From Convolutriloba macropyga (taxonomy: Eukaryota), in contig NC_134474.1 of assembly GCF_964194025.1 (NCBI RefSeq), forward strand, positions 24,428,001-24,492,000: DNA of 64,000 nt. Direction: 5' to 3'. Positions 13,506-24,129 of the stretch are shown in pieces. A model generated the notes under the pieces. That model was given only the letters and a program-made list of their open reading frames with translations, had not been told where the DNA came from and searched no databases. A program made the position numbers and the translations under genes. Every line of letters starts with the position of its first letter. Positions within the stretch are counted from its first letter, which is position 1.

Positions 13506-13640
13506 TGGACGGGCTTTCTAGTGATACCTTTTACAACCCTCTACGATGAATATATCGATCGGCCAAAATTGACTGAACAAAAAAAAATTGGATTATGCAG
13601 TTGCTCCCCCACTAAAGTGGGTTGGAACAATTATTTCTAG
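13400..13640. repeat. Interspersed repeat end (family F2) containing a (TA)n microsatellite
   Basis: Aligns with ~27010-27250 (GATGAATATATCGATCGGCCAAAATTG...CCCCAC..GTGGG...AACAATTA). (TA)n at ~13458-13503 is present only in this copy. Confidence 0.7.
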
Positions 13641-15299
13641 CTTGATGTAACGGTGTTTTGGGGCTTGCAACAAGTTTTGGTGTCATAAGATCGGCTCAGT
13701 TTTCTTCCCCAATGTGTTTTTATAGCATTGTTAATTTTTGCGAGGTTGAGGCCTCTAAAATCTGCCAATGTATTCCTACTGTTGTTCACCAAGCTGCCTC
13801 CTGTGTTCTAATTGGTATCAATTCTGTTTTGTCCACGTATTCAGAGCTTTATTTCCTTTTTGTTGCGATTGTTAACCGTACAGATATGAAAATTGTTTAT
13901 TTAATTCTTGTTGATGTATATATATGATATCAGAAGGAGTCTAAGACCCCACTAATAACTGTGACTGGGCGTTTGAGTTTGAAGCAATGTGTTCCCTATT
14001 ACGAATTCTTCAAAACCGCCAACTTGCTATAACTACCTTTTCAAATGCGTGCACTAAGAACCTTTTATATTATCACAGAACCCAAAAGTAACGATTTTAA
14101 ACAAATAGGACATTCTAAACACTGCGATCACGCAAAACCAATTTATATTTTTAATCAGCAATTCTCAGGTTTTTTTTCAATATTACGTGTAAACCTTTGC
14201 GTTGTGCTGAACAATTTTGCGACATAGTTTAATAAGACGGAGAAAAATAGTTTTGACGAAAAAAGTTGAGCTATCGGGATATATCTACATAAGTTGTTTT
14301 GCCGAAAAAATCTTAAATAAAGAATCCTCCATATATCAGCAATTGACGAATTACATCGCTTTGACTAGCGTTAGTTGCATTCGGGAATGAGTTAGAACGA
14401 GAAATGTTACAACATCTAATGAAAATTGTGAGTGATGCTCAACTATCTTCAACAGCTTAATTTCTAGATTTCATTTTGATCATCTATTTTTTTAATCCTC
14501 AAATAGAATTTGATTTATGCTTATAGCTGCGCCCCTCTTTTCTATATCTTTAAGACAGAAAAACAAAAATGGAAAGCTTGATTAAGGCCTTCATTTTAAA
14601 TTTCGACTATTTTCCTTCGCACCTTTCTCAGCTTCAATTTTGGGCAAATTCTCACGTTTTACGTGAATGAGGAAAGAGAAAAGTGCAAAACGGATATTTT
14701 AAGGTACACGGCCAGGGTAAATAATTGCAAGGAGCCCTATGTATGGGTGTTCTGTTGGAGACTTTTTCTTGTGCTACTTCTCCTAAGGTGCGTTTTCCTT
14801 CATGTGACAAAAGAGCGTGGAATAACAGAGCCAGTTTCCTCTTTAATCCCCAGAAATACCCCACGGGCGGTTCCGAGTAAATGTAATTAGCATTGAAAGT
14901 GGACTAAGTAGTGTTATCACCTCCAATAATCTATATTGAGAAAAATTACATTTGAGCTGGTTTGATTTTGTTGGCTACCGTATTTGGACCAGAGCTGCAT
15001 CTGATACGATTTTCATTGTGCATAACCGTTAAGAGTTTAAAAGACCTTGTTATACAAGTTTAATTTGGTGTTATAAGGTATTTCAGGCTTCAAATTGGTG
15101 AGTGCTGCACGCTAGATTTTATTTTTCACCTAAATGATGAGCCTAAATAATTACTTAAATTAAATAAAAACTGAATGACAACTTTGATTCGTTATCATTA
15201 TTCTTTCATTTGCGATCATTAAGTATTGCAAATTAAGTATTACAATTAAGTATTACAAATTAAGCACGTTGAGAGCTTGACAACGGAGGTTCTCCCATT

Positions 15300-16836
15300 G
15301 TAGGCTGGAAGTGTTATAATTGAGTAAAATTATCGAAGATATTTTTCCAAAAGCCAATCATTGTCCCTTAGCGGTGCTAACTATTTAACATGAGAACAAG
15401 GAAAGCTTTCAATTTTTATTAGATAGACTTTTTTTGCGATCGATGCTAAGTTGTCGCATTGTATTGACGATATATATAATTGGTTAATCACTACTGGTGC
15501 CTTGATTTTATCTTTATTAGGTGCTATTACCGTACCTCAGCTACTTCTGAGCTGTAAGAAGACTGAGTTAACGGCGCAATAAACCTTCTTCGCTAAAAAA
15601 ATCAACAAATTTGTTAAAATTATTTGTTTTGTTTATGCACTGAGTTGTGAAAAATAGAAACTGTCAAGATTTTCATGTTGATAACAAGGTGGCCACTGTG
15701 GTTGATGTTATGAATACATTAAGGGACCGATTTGCTCGTCTGAAATTATGGGTCCGATTTGCTCGTCGTATGTTATAATAAAATAAAATCACAAATAAGC
15801 AACCAAAATCAGTTCTTCAAAAATTGGAAGAAAATACTGACAAAAATTGTGCAAGTTAAAAAAAGCAGAGAAATGTAGTTACTAAAACTATTCAAATTGT
15901 GAAAAGGAAATATTACGGTGGCTAGTTTGGGACTGATAAGTAAAAGTTTGTTTCAGAGATATCAAACAATTGGCAACACGAAAAAAAGGCAACATATATA
16001 ACATTGAACGAAATTTTTTGAACATTTTTTTATGCTAAATTAGGCAAAAATTTGTCGCATTCATTTAAACCTATTGATAACGTTGAAAAGAGTTGAACGC
16101 AGCTGCGTTTTCTTTCCAACATCGCCAACCGAATTAAGCTAAGTTTTTAGGTCTCTTGCGAAATCTGCTGGTCATGATGGATTAAACAGCAAAATAATTT
16201 GGATTTTATTGCCGGTAATTTGTGGTACTTCTGCAACATTTTTAACATCTGTTTTGAAGCAGGGTTTTTCCTCTACCATTTAGAAAAGTAGAAGTGATTC
16301 TTTTGCATTTGGAAGGCAGTAAAAGCGATCCTGGAAACTACAGACCACAGTCTGTTAACATCTTTTTCTGCACGTTTTTGAACGTTTGATCAATAAAAGA
16401 ATTTTTAATAAAAAGAGTTTTGTTAGGAAACCTAGAATAATAACCCCAAACCCGTTTGGATCCATTGAAAAAAATTTGCACCAATGCATTGTAAATTCGC
16501 TGAATTAATCTGCGAGGCATTAGAACAAATTATCTGGCGTGTCATTTTTCATAGATTTAACGAAAGCTATTACCACACTTAACCATCATATTTTGATCTC
16601 GAAGCTAGAAACATACGGCTGCAGAGTAAAACTCCCGATTTTAAGTTATTTCTCAAAGAGATCACAATACGTTTGTACAAATGAGAAGACTTCAAACTCC
16701 ATTGATAATTGACAGCGTACCATGGATCCATCTTAGGACCAATTCTCTTCCTAATGTATATTAATGATATGCCTCAAGGCTGCTTGGAATCCGAAGTAGT
16801 TTTGTATGCGGATGATAGTACAATACATTATGCTTA
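15300..16836 (+). mobile_element. Degenerate CR1/L2-type LINE ORF2 (RT) fragment
   Basis: Frame-broken motifs KSAGHDG (~16162), DPGNYRP (~16327), FIDLTKA...NHHILISKLETYG (~16548-16620), GSILGPILFLMYINDMP (~16724-16775) and LYADD (~16802). The 5' boundary is approximate. Confidence 0.8.
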
Positions 16837-18296
16837 GTTTTTGAAGGTGTATAATTAGTGTACCCGTCGTTTAATCAAGTTTGATTGTGCAAGCGGCCAA
16901 ATTGTTCCTTTCTGTTTCTGCGTAATTTTTTGTAATCATTTATTGTATTGTCTTTTTACTCTCAGTTGCTCTGTGTATTTTCCCTTTAAACCTCTCGATG
17001 TGGAATAAGACATCAATTAAGAGTTATATAGAATTTCAATTTTATAGCTGTAGCATGTGATAGCTGTATTTGAGAACTATTTTTTTAGATCAGATATTTT
17101 ATCTCTAAATATTAATTTGATAATAATAAACTGATAGTTTATTTTTTAAGATGCATTTCCTGCTCAATCACGTGCTATCATAAGCAGTCAGTATTGCAGA
17201 AATGAAATAACGACAGTTAAGGCTTTTCTTTTTACTCGATCTTGGTTGAACTTAATCATTGGTGAACCACAAAGAATGGTGATTTTGTTCTATAAAACTT
17301 TCGTGTGGGCCAGAGAATTTTGTTTGTACTTCTCGTCTTTCTTGGGGTAGCAGGATTCTGTCAGGTGACCATAGATGTATGGAATCTTTTCTGTTATATG
17401 GGCATTTTTGAGGTTCTTTGATGGCTATTTTTTTCACCTGATTTAATTTAGATTCTCCAGCATTTCATTTTACGGCCGAAAGAAACAAATTTGTTGATGA
17501 GGATTGGTTATTATCCAAAATAAAAATTCTTCTAATATTGCGGAGAAATTTCTCATTATCGTTTATTTGTATTTTAAGAAGTGGACCCATTCCGCAAATT
17601 GAAATCCTTTTTTTACCTATGTCTGTCTGAAGTATAGATTCATAGGATGCTGTACGCTCTGAACTGTGATTAATATTATCTTCAGTTTTCGTGTTGTGAG
17701 CTGACGTACGTGCCGTTAGATATTGCGTCAGATTATTGCACCATTTCAATTCCAAATTTGGAAATATAAAATTATAGGAACAGATCTATTGCCTTTAAAA
17801 ACACGTGATAAACATAATTGACTAATAAAAGGAAAGGCACGAGTGTTAGTTGTGACGCAGTTTTCTTACAACTGAGAGGCGTAATTCATTAGACTGTTGA
17901 ATCATATTCATATACGGAGAGCGCAAAATTTGCTAGGTTACAAAGAGAGGCTCGGTAAGTTGGGAGAGTTTGAATTACGGATTGCTCCATTTATTAACAA
18001 TGCTTTGATTTTAGCATGTACGGAGTAATCTTGATAGCATATTAACAGATTGGTTGTAGGTGAAATTTATAACTTTTCTGATTTGATTTTAAAAAATTGC
18101 TAAAATATTGCTGCTTTTATGAATGCACAGTTGGACCTTTTTTTGCACAACTTTGATTTCCTGAATTTTTGTAGTTTATCTCTTGATTGGCATGTCACTC
18201 TATGACGGGTTTCTGCTTTGACAGGCACTGGTACATCAGAATTTATTTTTTTTTAGTTTGTGTATTGAACCCTTGTTTACCGAGAATTGAGCCAAT

Positions 18297-18711
18297 ATGT
18301 CAGACGACGGAAAACCCGAGATCAAACCAAAACCATCACCAAATAGCGATGAGGACAACGAAAGTGGGAAAGTGAAATTAGAACGCACTGTGGGACTGGT
18401 ATCTGGGATCGGCCTGACGATGGGAACCATGATTGGCAGCGGAATCTTTGCAACTGCACCTGGTGTTGTCAAGTACAGTGGAAGTGTTGGGCTAAGTCTT
18501 CTAATCTGGCTCATCTGTGGTTTAATAGCTTTGTTTGGAGCTATAAGCTACTGTGAGCTGTGCACAATGATCACCAAATCCGGAGGGGAGTACCAGTATT
18601 TATACGAGGCGTTTGGACCGATTCCAGCGTTTCTGTTCTGCTGGACGGCTGTAGTGGTGTTGAGGCCTGCTACAATTGCGGCAATTGCGCTTACTTTCTC
18701 GACTTATTTAG
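18297..18711 (+). CDS. SLC7A9-like: SLC7/LAT amino-acid transporter copy A (b(0,+)AT-like), coding exon 1 of 3
   Basis: TM1 IGSGIF, ELCTMITKSGGEY, FGPIPAF. Phase-1 donor G|GTTAGT. Exons 18297-18711, 18949-19164 and 19470-20374 total 1536 nt, giving 511 aa in frame. Confidence 0.92.
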
Positions 18712-18948
18712 GTTAGTAAATCACTAAACCTGATCTTGGTCTTAAGGTTTGACCAATGAAAAGGGTCATTCAAATGAAAAGTGAAATTTTTTTCGAGGAT
18801 AACCTGTGTGGTTATGTCAACTTTATGCAATACTTTAGATCTCTGTGCGTCAATGCTATCAGAATTTGTATGCTAAAATGAGTATTATTAGCTGTCTTAT
18901 AACGAGCATTTCATCTTCATTTTTGTCTTGACGTGGAATTGTTTTCAG

Positions 18949-19164
18949 TGAAAGCGTTGCCCCTTGAGGACTGTGATCTTGGTGAGTGGCCCCTGAAGCT
19001 ATTTGCTCTCGCCATCATCCTCTCAATCGCATTCATCAATGTCATGAGTTCCTCATGGGCTGCCAAAGTGCAGAACTTCTTCACAGCCGCAAAATTGGCA
19101 GCCATCGTGTTCATTGTGCTGCTCGGATTCATCGAGATTTGCTCTGGAAAAGTGGACATCTTGG
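18949..19164 (+). CDS. SLC7A9-like: SLC7 copy A, coding exon 2
   Basis: Acceptor TTTTCAG|TG; loop Cys (LEDC); INVMS...KVQNFFTAAKL; phase-1 donor G|GTTAGA. Confidence 0.9.
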
Positions 19165-19469
19165 GTTAGAATTGTTAATGTTTCTGGATTATTTCGTTTG
19201 GATTGAAATGATTGCTCATATAGATGAAATTTTGAGATAGACATAGACTGGGAAAAGAGAAGGTCTGAAATTTAATTGAAGCGAATGGTAAAAAAAATGG
19301 ATAGCTTTTTCTCGAGAAAAATTTTCTGGCTCGACATTCCCTGGAATTTTTTCTGCAGTTTTCAAAGTATCGTCAAAAAAGTGGTACCAACATATAAAAA
19401 TCTGTATGGATGTATAGTAATTTGTATTTAGAATAATATTTAACTGTATGAACAGTTGGTGTATTTCAG

Positions 19470-20374
19470 CAACGGGTTTCGAAGGAAGCGTGTGGAATCC
19501 TTTCGCTCTGGGTCTTGCTTTTTACAACGGACTCTGGGCTTACGATAGCTGGAACACGGCCACCTACATCACAGAGGAGATCAAAAACCCTCAAAAGAAC
19601 CTGCCAAGGGCGCTCTTGATTGGAATCCCTCTTGTCATGGTCTGCTATCTCCTTACCAACATTGCGTATTTCTCAGTCATTACGAAGTCAGAAATAATTA
19701 ACACTAGCGCTGTTGCAATTCTTCTCGGAGAGAAAACAATTCCTGAGTACATAATTTGGGTGATCCCTTTAGCAGTATGTTTTTCGACATTTGGAGCTAC
19801 CAATGGCTGCATGTTTGCCGCTTCTCGCTTGACCTTTGCTGCTGCACGCGAAGGTCACTTAATGACTATTTTGTCGTATTGCAACGTTACCAGAAAGACC
19901 CCGTCTGTCGCCATTTTGTTTCTCACTGGCCTATCATGTCTCTATGTACTGCCAAGTAACTTCTCAACGTTGGTCAATTACTTTAGTTTCTCAGCTTGGA
20001 TCTTTTACGGTTTGACGGTCTTTAGTGTGATTTTCATGAGATTTACACAGCCTGATAGACATAGACCAATTAAAGTGCCGCTGAGTATCCCAATAGTGTT
20101 TGTTATCATTGCTGCTTACTTGGTCGTCGCACCGATCATTGACAAACCTGAGTGGCCATACCTGTACGCGGCCATATTTATTCTGACAGGCCTTCCGGTC
20201 TACTATCTGCCGTTTGTTTATTTCAAGCTGAAACAACCTGCATGTTTAGATAAAGTGATAACATTCCTGCAATATATTTTGAATGTTTCGCCTCCTGCTG
20301 ATGCGAGTTGTGACGAGAATCAAGACGAGAAAGGAGTTCAAATTGCTCAGGACCCTGTTGATCTTACCGCATAA
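19470..20374 (+). CDS. SLC7A9-like: SLC7 copy A, coding exon 3
   Basis: Acceptor TTTCAG|CA; GLWAYDSWN, EEIKNPQKNLP, AAAREGHL, RPIKVP; stop TAA at 20372-20374. Confidence 0.93.
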
Positions 20375-20774
20375 ATGTAATATGGAAATTTACTATTACT
20401 ATTTGTCGCTAGTGTGTTGAAGTAAATTTTGATCGTTGCCATTTTTTTCGGGGGCTACGCAATTTTCTCTCAGTTTTTACAGAAATCTCTCTGCGGCAAC
20501 ACCCGTCAGTAGAATACAAGGATGCTAATATTTGTTAGTGAAAATTAATTGTGCAATATAAATAGTCTTTTTAAACAGCTTTGAATAGCTAAAACCGAAT
20601 TTTTTGAAATCAGAACAGAAATATAGAAACATAGAAGTGACCAGGGTTGAGCAAAAGAAGAATTGGTTTTTCCGCTATAATTGAGTTACTGATAGAAAAT
20701 ATTTTCATTTCAGTAATTGTTGATTAGACATGGAAAACTCCGAGTCATTTTCAAGCTCTATATTAAGCTATTTT

Positions 20775-21377
20775 TAATTGCTCTCAAAGGAAGTTTGTAG
20801 CAATTATAATTGTCTTGTGTTCTTCTTTTATTCGATTTTTGGCTTAACCGATTTGTCCTGACATTTTTGACTTCTTTCCTCTAGAACGGAATAACTTGGT
20901 AACGCCAGGAGGACATTAAGTACAGGTTACGTGACTCTGCTTGAAGTCGCTGAAAGCTTCTGGCGTTTATTGAGAACCGCGACGCGGATCGAGATATTAA
21001 GTCCGAATTTTCAAACGACTTCTTCTGCAGAGTCACGTAACCTTGCTTAAAGCGCGAAACTTGCTCGTTTTAAAATGGCGAAAATTCATGGAAAGCAAAC
21101 TTCTGGCTACGTATATTGAAACTTACTTTGGCTTACTAGACTGAGTATCCGATTCAACAAATCTGTTTTGAGGACATAAGTTAATGGTTTTAAGGGCGGT
21201 TGTCAGAGAGTTAGAGCCACTGCCAATCCCCACCCCTGCACGTCGTTCCAGCCGTAACCCAGAGACCCCACAGTGCACTCACCCCACGCCCTTGAATTAA
21301 GCTCGCAGCTAGCTACTGGTGAAGTCTACCGCTCGCCAGTCATTTGAGAGCAATTCGTCCGGCGTTAACCGGTTATG
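20775..21377 (+). mobile_element. Non-autonomous Helentron/Helitron2-like element, C-rich subfamily, full-length
   Basis: Perfect 13-bp IR AATTGCTCTCAAA (20776-20788) / TTTGAGAGCAATT (21343-21355), hairpin CCGG-CGTTAA-CCGG (21359-21372), TTATG end. Confidence 0.7.
20920..21046. mobile_element. 127-bp MITE with TTAA target-site duplication (Kolobok-like?) nested in the Helentron-like element
   Basis: TTAA at 20916-20919 and 21047-21050. Perfect 17-bp IR AGGTTACGTGACTCTGC (20924-20940 / 21027-21043). The sister element at ~33630 has a single CATTAA at this site. Confidence 0.7.
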
Positions 21378-21701
21378 ATATAATTATTAGGTCTTAATAT
21401 GATATTATGATATAATGATATAATTATGATATAATTGTTATGATATAGTTATTAGTAATTCAATTCCTTAGTATAGATGTCTGTCTCATGAAGAAATCTG
21501 GGTTAACTAGATTATCTTAATCAGTTCAAATCAAGGATAGTTGATATCTTATCGTTTGTGACGCACATTTTAAGTACAACACACTATTCAGATTTTCAAT
21601 GCCAGCAAATAAATTGTAATACTCATGTCCACTTTTGAATCATGGGTTTTTTTGGTCTACTTGATCATTGGATGAGACGACCACTTTCTTACAGTTGTTG
21701 C

Positions 21702-22321
21702 TAACTGTTAGTTTTGAAGATTCTTGGGCATTTATTATGAATGAGTGAATTTTAAGCAAAGTTTTCGCTTGACCATTTTGTTCAAAAGTATTCTTTCGAT
21801 TTCACTTTACGAGTGACTTTCAATTCCACGCAAACAAAGTTTGTAGCAATTATAATAGTCGTTGTTTTTATCAATTTTTTGCCTGAACGATTTTTTTCTG
21901 AACGTTCACCCTCATCTATCGGGCGGTTTGAACCCCCTCTCGTCCAGCTCTCCAAACCCTACCCCTTTGCCCTACCCCATTACCGAAGCCATCCGCTCGC
22001 CGGTCGTTTGAGACTAACTAGCCCGACGTTAGTCGGTTATGTTTCAAGCTTGACTGCTTGATTTTTGCGTGACCTAAATTGCTCTTATTTGTAAACAAAG
22101 TCTGTAGCTAAAACAAAAGCGATTGTAAAAGTAGCAATCGTAAGTCCCTAATAGCCGAGTCTTTAATGCGTCAGTTGCGCCGGAGATCGGGGGTTCGAAA
22201 CTATCCTTGTTGGGATATTTTTGCAATCATTAAATGTTATCTAGGCTACAGCGCACTCCTCTGAATTAAATTGGTCCGCTTGTCGGTCGCGAGGAATTTG
22301 GCCGACGTTAATCGGTTTATG
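21702..22321 (+). mobile_element. Older Helentron-like element of the tRNA-cassette subfamily, interrupted by a nested copy
   Basis: 21702-21820 plus 22042-22321 is colinear with 2311-2702. A-box-like TAGCCGAGTC (~22152), B-box GGTTCGAAAC (~22192), 3' hairpin CCGA-CGTTAA-TCGG and TTTATG end. Confidence 0.6.
21821..22041 (+). mobile_element. Short Helentron-like copy nested in a T-run of the previous element
   Basis: CAATTCCACGCAAACAAAG 5' end; 3' GTTTGAGACTAACT, perfect hairpin CCGAC-GTTA-GTCGG (22023-22036), TTATG. Flanks rejoin as GTGACTTT|TTTCAAGC, compared with GTGACTTTTTCACGC at ~2423. Confidence 0.65.
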
Positions 22322-22716
22322 TTTCTTCACTCATTCATGCAATTTCGGCCGAATTGCCTGCGTGACGTCATTTTCCACTTTTTGTGGAGCGAGTTGTTTT
22401 GTTCATTCGCGTGATTAGATTATGATCACAAGTGACTTTCCTCACTCTGAAGAATGACTTTTCTCAACATCGGCTTTTCTTTACTCTATAAGAAACAAGG
22501 TCAACTGATTGTGTGTGTCAATTGAGAGTAAGGTCAACTAAAAGTAGCTTAAAGAAGCACCAAAAAGTTATACAGACTCTTAACCAAAATATAACATCTC
22601 AGCAATTAATAAAAAAGAAACTAAATCTCGCTTTCGATCTGTTTTTTTATCTTAAACTGCAGATCTACGGAGCTATAGCGGCTAATTTCTGGCAATGTGT
22701 CAGCCATGTTTTTTTT
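22322..22716 (+). repeat. Interspersed repeat family R2, copy 2
   Basis: Colinear similarity to 3660-4056. Confidence 0.75.
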
Positions 22717-22986
22717 CTGACGAATTTGTCTTTGCGTCGAGAGATGGGATAAACAAAAAATGAAACAGACTACAACAATAAAATGAAGTCTCCGCCAGTC
22801 ATGTGAGAGTAATTCATTCAATGTTAGTCGGTTTTGTTACATAAAATAAGGATGCTCGAGATCATCAACGACCCGAGATCATCTATGTTTTTGACTTAAT
22901 TTTCAACCAAATGAAGAGATAACAAAAATATATGTTTGAGTTTAAAAAAATCGTTACACAACCTAATTACTAATTGAATAACATAA

Positions 22987-23518
22987 TGCCATGCCTCATT
23001 ACAGCTCTCACGAGATCTGCCACTGAAAAGACTGTCAGAAGAGAAACAAACAACAAAATAAGCAAAAACAAAATTTTCACAGGCAAAAATTCGATATCTA
23101 AATTTAAAAGCACCTATTAAAAACGTAAAAATGCAATCAGATAAAACTTTAACTACACAAATTTACTTTTTTAACTATACAGTAGATGGAAAGTTTCCTT
23201 ATTGAGACTAGGTAAAAATTCGAGAAAGAGAAGAAATAATGAGGCAAAATATTGCCATGCCTCATTACAGCGCTCACGAGATCTGCCACTGAAAAGACTG
23301 TCAGAAGAAAAAGAAACAACAGAATAAGCAAAAACAAAATTTTCACAGGCAAAAATTTAATATCTAAATTTAAACGCACCTAGTAACAACGTAAAAATGC
23401 AATCAGATAAAACTTTAACTAAACAAATTTACTTTTTAAACTATACAGTAGATGGAAAGTTTCCTTATTGAGACTAGGTAACAATTCGAGAAAGAGAAGA
23501 AATAATGAGGCGAAATTC
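22987..23518. repeat. 266-bp near-perfect tandem duplication
   Basis: TGCCATGCCTCATTACAG starts at 22987 and 23253; GAAATAATGAGGC recurs at the same 266-nt offset. Confidence 0.9.
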
Positions 23519-24129
23519 AGAAATCAATGAAAATTAATACCAAATAATTTCAAAAGACCTAAAAATTATTAGCTTATAACGAAATAATTCATGATTAATT
23601 TACTAAAAAGTCATCATGAAACCAATGGGACCTGTCTCTGGTTAAAATAAGCCATAGGAACGGACTAAAGATAGAAAAAATTGAAAAATTACAAGCAATT
23701 TGCGAAAACACAAATTATTGAAGCCTTTAAAATCATAAGCTATTATCTGCATATTATTTATTTTTTATTCAGTTTCAATTTATACTAATTCAGCTAAAAT
23801 TATTACGAAAGAAGAAATAAGTTCAATCGGGGCGCAGTTGAAAATCATTGGGATCTGTTATTACGCGAATTTAGGACAAGAAGAGAAAAGGAAACACATA
23901 CACCACAAAAAACATTTATGAAAACGCATAATGTGCGACAAACAAATTAACAAATTGGATGGGACCTCTCAATGATGAGGATACGTTACAAGTTAACGAA
24001 AAGAACAACAAAAACGAAAAGTATGAAAAATCATTGAAAATATATAATTCCATAACCTTCAATATTCATTATATAAACTATTCAATATAAACTGACTGCT
24101 TCGGATAAAATCATTCATTCAATCTTCAA

